This document shows, piece by piece, positions 25,516-37,989 of a stretch of 64,000 bases of DNA. Source of the DNA: Octopus sinensis. Its lineage: Eukaryota. The position numbers and the translations under genes were made by a program. Positions within the stretch are counted from its first letter, which is position 1, and every line of letters starts with the position of its first letter. The stretch is taken from NCBI RefSeq assembly GCF_006345805.1, contig NC_043002.1, positions 8,742,001 through 8,806,000 on the forward strand, written 5' to 3'. The notes below the pieces were generated by a model, which was given only the letters and a program-made list of their open reading frames with translations, did no database searches and was not told where the DNA came from.

Positions 25516-25874
25516 TACCTCTTTCTTTTGGAGGTTGGCGAGAAATATTGTCGGAGGTTGGTGAGAGAGGTTATATAAATATATGAATGAAGTGGGATCT
25601 TTTCCTTTTGAATGGCACTTTGTAACATAATTTCTAGGTAACTAAACACTTTTAAACTTCATATACTGGTAGAATGTGTTTATAAAACATCATTTTCTCT
25701 TGGCTTTATTGAGAAAATTCTATAGGTTGTAACATATTTCATCTAAAATTTCTTGCATTTTGGCAATTTTAACCAATCAATTACCTCCACTGACGTAAAT
25801 AACATTCTGTGCATAATGAATATGTCCCTCCTTTAAGAAACAGATTGTGTTTATTTACATTTCTGAAAAAAAAA

Positions 25875-26107
25875 GATACCCTTCCCCCACTCCTAACCCT
25901 AAATCTAAAATAGATTGAAATGCAATAGATCGATACTAGGGTTATAATTATGGGTGACAATTTCATACAACACCGCTATGGAAAATTGGATTTTTTTCTA
26001 GCGGTGTCAAATGAAAATGTCACCCATAATTATGGCCCTAGTATCGATCTATTGCATTTCAATCTATTTTAGATTTAGGGTTGGGGTTGGGGTTGGGGAA
26101 GGGTATC
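25875..26107. repeat. Inverted dimer of a dispersed element end
   Basis: ~110-bp arms; another copy of one arm at ~31385-31495. Confidence 0.75.
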
Positions 26108-27717
26108 AGTAACTGCCTTCAGCTTACGGAATTCTTGTTTTTATAACTATTGAAAAGCAGCCAGAATGATAGATATATCTGTGACTAAGTACTTGCCCCA
26201 CAAACTAATTGCTTCCAATTCTTTATTGATTTACAACGAAAATGATTTTCACATCTTTCATTAGCCTAAAGAAGTGTATTATTACACTGACTATGAAATC
26301 AATGAACAGAAAATGATGCTGGCAGCCAAACCAACAAGATCCACACGGTAGTAGGCGTTTGACAGTCGAGACACTTCAGATTAGAAGTGGATTTGGTTGC
26401 CTTAATTCAAAAATTCTGACAAAGAAAACAAATTCCTAAAACAAAAATACATTTTCACACTTCTCGATATCTCCGTTAAGAAAATTTACATTCAAGAAAT
26501 ATTTCCATCTGGTGCTATTCTAATATCAGCTTAATACTAGAAAATCGAGTGCTTAACCATTATTTACACGGCAAAGCAAACGGGAATTGCAAAAAGAAAA
26601 AATAATAATAATAATAATTAATTCGTTTATTGGCCACAAGGGCTAACAAAAATCAATTAAACACAGGACGAAAGTTACAAAGGGTTTTGTCCGTTTGAAA
26701 AAAGGTCCGTGTACAAAAGCAGGATAACAACGAAAAATAAGTAACAATTAAAACTCCCAATAGGGAGGGGGGCGCTTCGAAAGGTTACACGTGGAAAAAC
26801 CCATAAAAGCCACGGGAGCCTGGTCAAAAGGGGGGTAGAGAGCCCCTTTCTCCTTTTATATTTCCTTTAATAGCAAGCAATAAAACAAGATGAAAACGGA
26901 ACATTATTGGAATCTATTTCCTGTTCTAACTTTGTGCTCTCTGTAAATATCAGAGCTCTTGTGTTTCAAATACAATTTTATTCAATGTAAAAAATACACA
27001 GTGGTACAAGACAGGCCTAAATGTCTTTTATTCTTGTTTCTTCCAACAAACAGAAATAACAGCTGAGGAAAGAGTGTGTATGTAGAGGGGGGGGTGAACC
27101 ATATTAAGATGCTAATCATTAGAGAGATGCGTTAAAAGTAAATAAAAAGATACATCAATTATAGTAATTTGGCATTAATAAGAAGTAAATTAACGAGCAA
27201 GAAATAGAAGGGTTTCAGTTAAATTTTGCGTAACTTTTACATTTCCTTTCATAAGATGCATTCATGCTGACTTAAGTTGTTTTTTCTCTTTATATCTTAA
27301 GAAGACCTAACGGTCAACAGCCTCTTCCTATCTATCTTGACATTATCACTTAATGTGACAGCTATATATTTTTCTGCTGCAATTGACAAACCTAAAACTT
27401 ATTTTAAGAATGGTAAAATACGACATTGGAATTCGCTTGTTAACACAGTCTGCTCTCAATGAAACGAAACACTGACCTTCAGATTATTTACTGTGTTGGC
27501 TTTTAGCATTTAAGGAGCAACACTGAACGAAGATGAAACGAATTTTAGCGGATTAATCACAATACCTTCTCTTATTTCGTCTAACAATAAACCTGTTTCT
27601 ACACAATTGAATATCAAACGGAGATTAGAAACTTTTCTAAACTGAAAGTAGTTTATGGAGAGAGAGAAACCTGTTTAGGTAATTAAGATGAAATACGACG
27701 GCGGATTTATGAAATTC

Positions 27718-28060
27718 TTTATTCTTTTACTTGTTTCAGTCATTTGACTGCGGCCATGCTGGAGCACCGCATTTAGTCGAGCAAATCGACCCCGGGACTT
27801 ATTCTTTCGGTCTCTTTTGCCGAACCGCTATGTGACGGGGACTTAAACACACCAGCATCGGTTGTCAAGCAATGCTAGGGGGACAAACACAGACACACAT
27901 ATATACGACAGGCTTCTTTCAGTTTCTGTCTACCAAATCCACTCACAAGGCATTGGTCGGCCTGGGGCTATAGCAGAAGACACTTGCCCAAGATGCCACG
28001 CAGTGGGACTGAACCCGGAACCATGTGGTTGGTTAGCAAGCTACTTACCACACAGCCACA
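27718..28060 (-). mobile_element. CORE-type SINE
   Basis: Consensus match, CpGs intact. Confidence 0.85.
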
Positions 28061-28299
28061 AGTTGATATTTCTTTTTAACAGTAGTGTAAAACAACCTGC
28101 ATGACTATGGAAATCTTGGAGATATATTTATGAAGTAATTTCAGATATACTACTACCTTGAACTTATAATAGAGAAACCAGTCGACCGTGTCTGATATGG
28201 AAAATAGATTTACCCCATCATCAATCGGAATATCTGTGATTAGCTAAGAATTACTGATTTTGGCGTAATAAAGAATTATTGGTACTACTAGCGAACAGT

Positions 28300-28470
28300 G
28301 GTCCCGGTGCGCGCATCCGCGCTAGCTAGTCGTGACTAGTCGATCCTACAATGACTACCCAGCAAAGTAAATAAAATACAAAATAAATAATTTTTGTTAA
28401 ACAAAGAAAATAAAACACAAAAACACAAAGTATTTGTGATGCGCGATACGCGAGTGCGCGCACCGGGACC
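28300..28470. mobile_element. Small MITE with GC-rich TIRs
   Basis: GGTCCCGGTGCGCGCA ... TGCGCGCACCGGGACC. Confidence 0.65.
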
Positions 28471-28554
28471 GTCTTACAGGAATAGTTAATTACCAACAAA
28501 CCGCCAAACTATCAGATGCAAATAAATAATTATATTACATGAATGTTTACTTAC

Positions 28555-28680
28555 GGGTCCTGAATGAGGCGAAGTTTTGTACCACGAAACAAGTCCTAGG
28601 GGCAGACGGTTCTCATTGCACAACTTTTACAGCAACCTCCAATCTCATTACTTCAGAATATGATAATTACACCATGTGGT
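28555..28680 (-). other. Candidate non-coding/5' exon
   Basis: TTTCAG| acceptor, strong |GTAAGT donor, CpG-retaining neighbourhood; no open frame. Confidence 0.3.
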
Positions 28681-28818
28681 CTGAAACTCACTCAAGTGGC
28701 TACTCAAAATAAGTGCACAGACACACACGTGTGTGTGTTGTTGTTGAATTCTTAGTATAGTAAAAACACTATAGAGGAACTGAATGGAAAAGCAGACTCG
28801 ACGAATAGCAACGAACTC

Positions 28819-28860
28819 ATTATAATTACGGTCTATCTTCGGATAGACCGTAATTATAAT
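28819..28860. repeat. Perfect 19-bp hairpin with c(TTCG)g loop
   Basis: ATTATAATTACGGTCTATC-TTCG-GATAGACCGTAATTATAAT. Confidence 0.9.
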
Positions 28861-29309
28861 TGACTTAGAGTCAAAGTAGAACCGTGATAACTATCTTAAT
28901 GATCTCTCTAACAAAAGAGTAAGTAGTCTTGGTGTAAGTTATAAGGGACGACAGGCGTGTTTATTTTTCCCCCCTCATTTTAGGCCAATGAAGACAAACT
29001 AAAAGTTTAAATTTAATAATTATATAGTATAATAAATACAAACAGGCTCTCAATAATCTGTAAATTTTATTCTGCATTCGAGAATACCTTGATTGCTCAG
29101 GATAGAGAATAGACGCCATTAGTAAGAGATTAATTCTCAGATAAGCTTATTGCAATGCGGCTTCAATTCCAAGCTATTTAATTTCTTTTATGTTGCTTAA
29201 TGACTTAGAGAATACACCAATATTATCCTTATTATTTCGTCTTCTCAAAAATACAGAGTAGTCCCCATCGCCAAAAGAAAACTAGTAAGGAAAGAGACCA
29301 ATATTTATT

Positions 29310-29500
29310 GCGAGCTGCAGAATCGTAAGCACGCTGGACAAAACACTTAGCAGCATTTAGTCTGTGTTTACGTTCTGCCTCCGAAGTCGACTTTACCTTT
29401 CATCCTTTGGGAGTCGATAAAATAAGTACCAGCTGAATTCAGGTCGATGTAATCGACTAGTTGCTTCCCTAAAAATGTCAGGCCCTGTGCCTACAGTAGT
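29310..29500 (+). mobile_element. Older Meta-domain SINE
   Basis: GCGAGCTGCAGAATCG..GTCGACTTTACCTTTCATCC. Confidence 0.65.
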
Positions 29501-30244
29501 GTAGTGGTGATTCGAAACCTCTGCTGCTAGATAATTGGTCACACACCACGAGTGAGCTACTATTGTTTCACATGATCGGTCTTTTAAGCAACCAATGAGC
29601 ATGAAGCTGATGTGGTTTTCTAGAATTTTCTTTTTTCTCCCTGAGGACCAAGATTCGTCTTTCAGCACGCTAGTTCTGCCTGTTCTTCTCTATAGCACTG
29701 AGCCCTGGACCATCTTCGAGGTGTTCCAAATACAGCGTATTCGTCAAACCCATGGTGTATCTTTAAGCGACTGAATCTCAAACTGCATCGGAGGACAAAG
29801 CCAGCAGCAATCGACCACTGAAAACCAAGTCCGGCATCGCAGGCTACAGTAGTCTGACCACGTCTGCAGCAGGGGCAGGCCCAAGAGGGGGCTTATTGGG
29901 CACGTGCCCACCTTCAAGAAAAGAAGTGCGCATTTCTAAATAATATTATTACGCCCTTTTCCCTTGGAATTGTATTCTTTTCTGATCTTGTGCCCTCACT
30001 TCGAAAAATTTGGGGGACTGCACCTATGGAGGGTGAGCGCCGGAAGACTACTCCCTTCTGAGGCGACAGCGACCCACGCACAGGGAAATCCGGCACAGAG
30101 CACCGAAGTAGACATGGGTGAAACAAACTGAGGAAGATCTGAAATTGAAATGCCTCGACCTGGAGCATGCTATGGCCAGCACCATAGATCGAAAAGCATG
30201 GAATGGCATCATCAACAGAGTTCATCATCCAGCAGCACCCGTAG

Positions 30245-30643
30245 TGGAAGCGCAATGGCCCAGTGGTTAGGGTAGCGGACTCGCGTTCGGAGGATCGCGG
30301 TTTCGATTCCCAGACCGGGCGTTGTGTGTGTTTATTGAGCAAAAACACCTAAAGCTCCACGAGGCTCCGGCCGGGGTGGTGGCGACCCCTGTTGTACTCT
30401 TTCGCTCCAACTTTTCTCTCACTCTTTCTTCCTGTCTCTTGACCCCGACTTCCTGCGCAACCACTGAGCCTGGATGCGCATTCATCCATCCGTCGATGCT
30501 CTCGGTGTTGGGGTTTGACCTGCTTTCTCTTCTGCAGGTTTTACGAATAGCAAAGGACCACGTATCGGACTTCTCCCACTACAGAGGCACGATCTTGCGA
30601 GCTCTGGGACGAAGACCGCTTCGCTCAACGAACAAACAAACAA
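30245..30643 (+). mobile_element. tRNA-derived SINE with (AAAC)n tail
   Basis: Near-identical to 2654-3051. Confidence 0.85.
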
Positions 30644-31574
30644 GCAGCAGCCACAGTAGCATATTGGTTGAGAGGGAAGCTCACCTCTCCGGTCATCAGC
30701 TTGGGATTTTACTTTATTACCTTATAAAGACCGTTTTGAAGCTCAACTGATCGCAGAATGCCGAAGGTGGCCGAGCGACGTGCGCTTCCATTCTTGTCAC
30801 CAGACGGTTCCAGACATTTGCGCGGACGGCCATGGGTAAAGAGCCAAATGCTGTTGTCACCACGGAGATTTGCGCAGTTGAATTTGTATATTTTTGTACT
30901 GACCGCATGTTGTCACACAGATAGCTTTCTATATTTTCAGAACAGTGTGTCTCTTTCCCAGTCAGCAAACATTCAAGTTGTTCATTGTAAATAGCGAACG
31001 ACTAATATCTTTATGTCTGGCAATAAATATTTCAGTTAAATGTTCGCAAGTGTGCTCCAGTTATTATTCATGCAGTCAGCGGAATCTATCTTCATTTACC
31101 AGTTCCACACTGCACCAACCAAGTAACCCTCATGACAGATTATAAAAGATTATAATTATTATTTTCTTGCAATCTCGAGACTGAACCCTATGGCAGATTG
31201 TGCAATGCATGATTTCTTTTGACCATGAAGAAGTAGAGTCTACTACTGAAGGTAACGTGACACTGATCAGCTCAGATCATTCAACGTTCAAGAGAGCGTT
31301 CATGACTTTACTCGGTTGAGCAAGTAAAGTCATGTTCTCAATAAAAATATAGGATTATTTAATGGATCTTTTCGGTTTGAACGGCAATTTTTTCTAGCGA
31401 TGTCATATGAAATTGTCACCCATAATTATGACCCTAGAATCGATCTATTGCATTTCAATCTGTTTTAGGGTTAGGGTTGGTTAGAGTAGGGGGGAAATTG
31501 CAGAAATTGAAGAAAAAAACAACAAATATTTTATGCTTTACATTGTACACAACATAAACACTGGCGATCATGGT

Positions 31575-32610
31575 CAATAAGTGAAGAAATGTGTTCTTTT
31601 TATCCGTGGAATTCTGTTGGAGCCAAACATCACATAGTTCCTGACAGAAATTACTCCAATCCACAACTGTAGTTCAACTACTGACAGAGGACTCCTGCAT
31701 AATATCATTTTGTGACATATCTCGTGACCAACAATAAACAATTAAAATGATATTGAACAAAGAAATATTACTTCTCTCAAAAAATGAATGGTAATGAACA
31801 GATTTGCTCCTCTGGCAATGCTCGCAGTGCCATAATTTCTCATCAGTAACATCACCACGCGTAGTAAGGCCACATGGTGAATTACAATTTTCACCATGTA
31901 TACATGGTATACATACTCATAATTAGTTGACACCATGCCAACCACTGAAGAATGTTGTCTCCAGCTTTTCCTAATTGAATGATAGTTCACAATTCCTCTA
32001 AGATTGATTCACAACTGAGGATTTCATGTTCAGGAACGATGAATTGCAGGAGCTCTACTGATTTTAAAAGGAGATATAGGGTCCACATGAGCTCATTTTT
32101 GAATGCCAAATACTCTAATTCTACCATATTGGCATCCTATATTCATGATTTGAAGAGGAGGAATATGAGCTACATAGTGGAGGCACATGGCCTAGTGGTT
32201 AGAGCAGTGGACTCACAGTCGAGGGATCGTGGGTTCGAATCTCAGACCGGGCGATGTGTGTGTTTATAAGCGAAACACCTAAGCTCCACGTGGATCCGGC
32301 AGAAAGTAATGACGAAACTTCTGCTGATTCTTTTGCCACAACTTTTTCTCACTCTTTCCTCCTGCATCTTGCAGCTCACCTGCAACAGACCAGCATCCCG
32401 TCCAGGTGGGGAACCTATACACCAAGAAACCGGGAAACTGGCCCTTATGAGCCAGGCATGGCTCAAGAAGGAACAAATATTCTATTGAATAGTCAGTCTT
32501 GTCTGAAGACCTCCACTTTAATGCTAATTTAAGCAAATGTAGGTTATGATTGAGAGAATCATACTTGGTTCTTAAATGTTTTGGGCCAAAACTTCTTGAT
32601 AAATTTTCTG
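31575..32610 (+). mobile_element. Penelope-like GIY-YIG remnant interrupted by a tRNA SINE (32177-32478)
   Basis: SSTDFKRRYRVHMSSFLNAKYSNSTILASYIHDLK..; frame resumes after the SINE with ..SKCRL*LRE. Confidence 0.6.
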
Positions 32611-32669
32611 ATGTGGTTCTGTTTTGTAATCATAAGTTTTTTCTCAATTTTCTTGAAGTTGAAAATGTT

Positions 32670-33050
32670 TGGAAAAAATATTTTGAGTGATGAAGAGACA
32701 TACAATGGAAATGCAGATTGGATTAGATGCACAGACAGATCCTACCAAAATTTACCAGAACAAGCATGGGAAGACATCACAATAAGGATGACACTCACAA
32801 AGGTTCATAAGTGGAAATCCTCTGGTAAAGATAGGGGGCCAAATTTCTGTCTCTCATTACTCCTGTATACACATGAAAAGTTAGTTCAGCTATTCAATGA
32901 AATTATGAGAGATCCTAAGAAAACATTTGGTTGGTTAGCAAGTGGTATTACTTAGCTACTTCCAAAGAATTAATGAAACCAAATTTCCCCAAAACTATTG
33001 GCCCACAACCTGTCTATCTACCAAATAAAATTTTAACATCCATCCTACAT
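32670..33050 (+). mobile_element. R4/Dong-like RT fragment
   Basis: WKSSGKD..PNF, WLASGIT.LLPK, PKNYWP motifs (frame-broken). Confidence 0.5.
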
Positions 33051-33669
33051 CCCACCTACATTCTGTGTTTAAATTCCACTGAGATAAACTTTACCTTTTA
33101 TCCTGTCATGGTTGATAAAATAGGTACCAGTCAAATATTGGGGTCAGTGTAATCGACTTCTCCCACACCTCAAAAACTGCAGGTCCTGTGCCAAAAATTT
33201 GAAACTATTATCTGTGATTTTAATGAGCAGCTTCCACTATATTTGCTAATCACTTTTAACCTGTCACACACACACGCATGCAAGGGAAGTTAAGTGCAGG
33301 AAATGACGAGGGCTGAAAAAGGAGGGATGAGCATTTCAAAAATAGATTAACCACTGATTTTATATTATGTTGGTGTCCTTTTATATAAGTGCTCAATTAT
33401 ATTCATTCTACATGTCCTCAGCTATGCAAATAACTGTCATTGAACACTGTCATATGAGAGCCATTCATAGAACAAGAAACGTTTTGCATTGCAAACTCAA
33501 ATTGAATTATGTAAGAATACATTGTAGCTTTTATTGTTGTTGTTGTTATTCTAAAACTCTGTAAATGAATTTTATTCTGGAAATGCATTGAGTAAGCATA
33601 AAGTTTTTGTTTCTTATTAAAACATACATGCTTTCTTTTGTTTTGAATACAATACAGTATCTTTTGATA

Positions 33670-33892
33670 CGAGCTGGCAGAATCGTTAGCACACCGGGCG
33701 AAATGCGTAGCCGTATTTCGTCTGCCGCTACGTTCTGAGTTCAAATTCCACCGAGGTCGACTTTGCCTTTAATCCTTTCAGGGTCGATTAAATAAGTACC
33801 AGTTACAAACTGGGGTCGATGTAATCGACTTAATCCCTTTGTCCTTGTTTGTCCCCTCTGTGTTTAGACCCTTGTGGGTAGTAAAGAAATAG
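33670..33892 (+). mobile_element. Meta-domain SINE, full length
   Basis: CGAGCTGGCAGAATCGTTAGC..GAGTTCAAATTCC..GTAAAGAAATA. Confidence 0.85.
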
Positions 33893-34405
33893 ATAATGTT
33901 TTTCTTTCTTTCTTTTTTCTTTCTTTTTTTTTTTGTCTTTTGTATCATTCTGACAATTTTTTTTACAATATGTGGAAATCATTTTATTCACTTTATTTCT
34001 TTATTTTTTTGTTAATGGTACTGTCTACTATGAAGTGCCAAAACTGTTTGTCACACTTCTGTGATCTAGTCAATGAACCATATCATCAAAGACCAGTTTG
34101 TAGGAGCATGACAATACCTTTTGGCACTTCAGAGTTCTATTAAGAACTCAACAGAAATTGAATGTAACAATTTTTGTTAAGCCAATTTTTGTTAGCCAAC
34201 CAATTCTTAGTCAAAAGCAAGCCAAAGGTGCACACAGACAAGAAGCTCTTTACATGGACAAGTTTTCTTTGGTTGAAGCTCAGCCCTGAGTTAAAAGGAT
34301 TTTTTCAACTAGGATGATCAAAGCATTATTCCCACCTCTCACATGAAGATAAACTCTTCTGTTAGTAATGTAATTACAAACTACATTCATTTCTGGCAGA
34401 CCACT

Positions 34406-34421
34406 TCACACTATTGGTAAG
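34406..34421 (-). CDS. Candidate last coding exon of the minus-strand gene (..LPIV*)
   Basis: CCCTTCTAATTGTAG| acceptor; phase 2 fits the preceding exon; an alternative phase-2 acceptor exists at 34524. Confidence 0.25.
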
Positions 34422-34529
34422 CTACAATTAGAAGGGTAAATATTGTAATAAACTTGGAGTTGGTTATTATGGGACAACACACAGCTGAACTTATTATCAA
34501 TCAATAGGCATCCATCTAATCAGCCTGAC

Positions 34530-34531
<2 letters not shown>

Positions 34532-34566
<35 letters not shown>

Positions 34567-34906
34567 GTTTAACGTCCACTTTCCATGCTAGCATGGGTTG
34601 GATGAATGACTGAGGGCTAGCGAACCAGATGGCTGCACCAGACTCCAATCTGATCTGGCAGAGTTTCTACAGCTGGATGCCCTTCCTAACGCCAACAACT
34701 CCGAGAGTGTAGTGGGTGCTTTTATGTGCCACTGGCACGGGGCCAGTCAGGCGGCACTGGCAACAACCTTGCTCGAATCTTTCACACATGCCACCGGCAC
34801 AGGTGCCAGTAAGGCGATGCTGGTAACAATCACACTCGAATGGTGTATTTTACGTGCCACTGGCACGGAGGCCAGATAGCCGCTCTGGCAACGATCATGC
34901 TCGGAT
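34532..34906 (-). mobile_element. RTE 3'UTR copy with array
   Basis: (CAT)n tail, core and array. Confidence 0.8.
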
Positions 34907-35113
34907 ATCATGTGTATTTATCATTCAGTATGTATATTATGTTCCTCGTTTTGTTGTGTAGCTCTAACAAGCAGCAGAAGTGGTGGTGGTGTAGCAGCAG
35001 CTTTAGTAGTAGTTTAATTTTTGATTTTGCTTTTAGTTTCAACACTAACTGCAATCTTATGCAAATATCTGATTCTGAATCAATTACCGTATTCCCCAAA
35101 TATGTCAACTTAC

Positions 35114-35151
35114 AGTATTATGGGATTATTTTTTTTCTCTGTATTATTTAT
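35114..35151 (-). CDS. Candidate 38-nt internal exon (INNTEKKNNPII)
   Basis: CCATAG| and |GTAAGT; phase 0 in, phase 2 out. Confidence 0.3.
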
Positions 35152-35411
35152 CTATGGACAATTTAATTATAACAATGACATTTAGAATGAAACTCACATT
35201 TGCACGTACATATGTTATAAGAATAGCAAAATTCACAAATGCATGTATATACACAGAATAACAAAACTTTCACTCGAACACATACATGTACGTAAGATGC
35301 AAAACCCGTTCATACATATGCACATGATTACAGAACACAAATATGGAATGAAAACATTAAGAAGTGATGTGTATAAATAAAAACTTGTTACCACTTCAAA
35401 TATTCAAACCC

Positions 35412-35963
35412 ACATGACCTGCTGTGCTTGAGGAGACCTATTTAGTCAAGTACATCAACATCAAATCAAATATCAAATGGAAATTGTAGTTGTGATACCT
35501 GTGCCGGTGGCACGTAAAAAGCACCATCAGAACGTGGCCGGTGGCAGCGCAGCCTTGACTGGCTTCTGTGCCAGTGTCACGTAAGAAGCACCATCAGAAC
35601 GTGGCCGATGCCAGTGCCACCTTGACTGGCTTCTGTGCCAGTGTCACGTAAGAAGCACCATCCGAACGTGGCCGATGCCAGCTCCGCCTTGACTGGCTTC
35701 TGTGCCGGTGTCACGTAAAAAGCACCATCCGAATGTGGCCGATGCCAGCGCCGCCTTGACTGGCTTCTGTGCCGGTGTCACGTAAAAAGCACCATCCGAA
35801 CGTGGCCGATGCCAGTGCCACCTTGACTGGCTTCTGTGTCAGTGGCATGTTAAAAGCACAAACCGATCATGGCTGCTGCCAGCCTCCCCTGGTACCTGTG
35901 CCGGTGGCACGTAAAATGCACTCACTACACTCATGGAGTGGTTGGCGTCAGGAAGGGCATCCA
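35412..35963 (+). mobile_element. RTE 3'UTR with five near-identical 67-bp tandem units
   Basis: GCACCATC recurs at 35521, 35588, 35655, 35722 and 35789. Confidence 0.85.
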
Positions 35964-36004
35964 TAGAATAAACTTGCAGAGTAATGTGTTATACCAAAAT
36001 AATT

Positions 36005-36035
<31 letters not shown>

Positions 36036-36181
36036 GAATGCATAAATGTACGTATAAACTTATATATGAATACATACATCCACATGCACTTGTATTATTA
36101 ATGATGTACACAGATACATGACTGGTATACATAATACTGAAATAAGCATAAAGTAAACACATGCAGACAAATATATTAAAA

Positions 36182-36554
36182 CTAGCACTATGACCCGGCA
36201 TTGCCAGGTCATAGTGCTAGTGCATGCATATACAGCTGCGTGCATGCGCACATACATGCGAGTACTGTCCAAATCTCTGACCAATCACATACAGGTAGCT
36301 GGCATTCAATTGGCGTATCAAGTTTCGGGCATTTTGATTGGGTTTTGGATAGAAAATTCACAAAAAAGTCACTTCTATTGATTTTTTAATGGCTTTGCAG
36401 GGTGACTTGGGAAATGTAAAGATGTGCATGGCCACCCTTGGACGGTTTTGAATGACCATAGAAAGTGTGAGCCCTCTAACTGAAATATTGTGGATTTGTA
36501 TAAAGGACACATACACACACACACACAGACATTTTGCTGTTTATATATATAGAG
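36182..36554 (-). mobile_element. Non-autonomous Helitron with extended terminal palindrome
   Basis: Minus strand TCTCTATATATA... start and CTAG end; 20-bp hairpin at 36181-36221. Confidence 0.6.
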
Positions 36555-36585
36555 ATAACAAATTAAAAAAATAATAAAAGCATAC

Positions 36586-36649
36586 AATCAAAAGAAACAT
36601 TAAGATGATACATGTTGATTTTATTTGGTATTTCTGTTTATTTAGAAAC
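36586..36649 (-). CDS. Candidate 64-nt internal exon (FLNKQKYQIKSTCIILMFLLI)
   Basis: TTCATTGTAG| and |GTATGC; phase 2 in matches the large exon, phase 0 out, frame open. Confidence 0.4.
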
Positions 36650-37158
36650 CTACAATGAACAGATCATGTTACAGACACTAAACTATAAATTTCACCGGGT
36701 ACAACCTTAAAGTTGACACCACTCTGCTAACCGCAGAAAATTGCTATCTTGCTGTTGGCTAAAAATACAGAGTTTTCTGATCTTTAAACCTCCGTAACTC
36801 TTTCCTTCAATTTTTTTTTCTCCACAATATCATACATTCATAGTAATTATAGCCAATTTTCAGATTTTTTACTTCCTTTTAAAAAATGCATATTTTGCAA
36901 ATGAAAAAAACTAGATCCTAATAAGATAATCTACCAAAATAATAACAGAAATAACAATATCAATAACCATGGAGTAATAATAAAATGATAAGAGGGTAAT
37001 GGCCCCGATACTGGATGAAAGTAAAAAAATTAAAGTTAGAATAAAATATTAAAATCTTAAAAGAATAAAACAGGATAAATAAAATTTCTAAAAATTTAAT
37101 GTTTTTTTTAAATTATAAAAACAAGTTTTCTTAAGTTTTAAAATCATTTTAAACCCAT

Positions 37159-37204
<46 letters not shown>

Positions 37205-37210
<6 letters not shown>

Positions 37211-37555
37211 TTTTATTCTTTTACTTATTTCAGTCATTTGACTGCGGCCATGTTGGAGCACTGTGTTAGTCAGACAAATCGACCTCAGGACTTATTCTTT
37301 GTAAGCCTAGTACTTATTCTCTCAGCCTCTTTTGCCAAACTGCTAAGTTTTGGGAACATAAACACATCAACATCAGTTGTCAAGTGATGGTGGGAGGACA
37401 AACACAGACACACGAATACATACATGTATAAATATACAATGGGCTTCCTTCAGTTTCCATCTATCAAATCCACTCACAAGGCTTTGATTGGCCAAAGGCT
37501 ATAGTAGAAGACACAGTTGGGAAGCAAGCTTCTTACCACAGAGTCACTCCTGTAC
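37205..37555 (-). mobile_element. CORE-type SINE
   Basis: Consensus match. Confidence 0.75.
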
Positions 37556-37574
37556 TTATGTGTGTGTGTATGTG

Positions 37575-37886
37575 TATCGCCTCTGCACCTGCCCTATCTG
37601 CAAGATTTAGCACCTGCAGACTTCCATCTCTTCCCCAAGATGAAAATGCAGTTCAAAGGTCACCATCTTAACACCATTACTGAGGTCAAGAGTGAATCAC
37701 AGAAGACCCTCAACTTGCTTACAACAAACAACTTTGAGGCTGGATTCGAAAAGTGGCAGGAACACTGGGACTGGTGTATTGCTGCGCAAGGTGACTATTT
37801 CAAAGGAGATGATGTCAAAACTTAGGTAAATAAGTTATTTTTTTATCAAGCATAACTAGTCCTGGAACTTTTTGATACCACCTTGT
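37575..37886 (+). mobile_element. Mariner 3' fragment with TIR
   Basis: PYLQDLAPADFHLFPKMK..WCIAAQGDYFKG. Confidence 0.85.
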
Positions 37887-37989
37887 ATATAAGCAAAACT
37901 TGGGCTGATCAATCATAGTAGAAACACAACTAAAGCTAGTCAAGTCCCTAGATGATATCCTCTCCCTGGAATCAAGTATCTATAAATCA

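Noticed and set aside
31455-31485. TTAGGG repeats as interstitial telomere
   Set aside because: Only about two units, part of a dispersed element
35500-35925. CRISPR-like repeat/spacer appearance
   Set aside because: Units are whole tandem duplicates inside a LINE 3'UTR; no unique spacers, no cas genes, eukaryotic context
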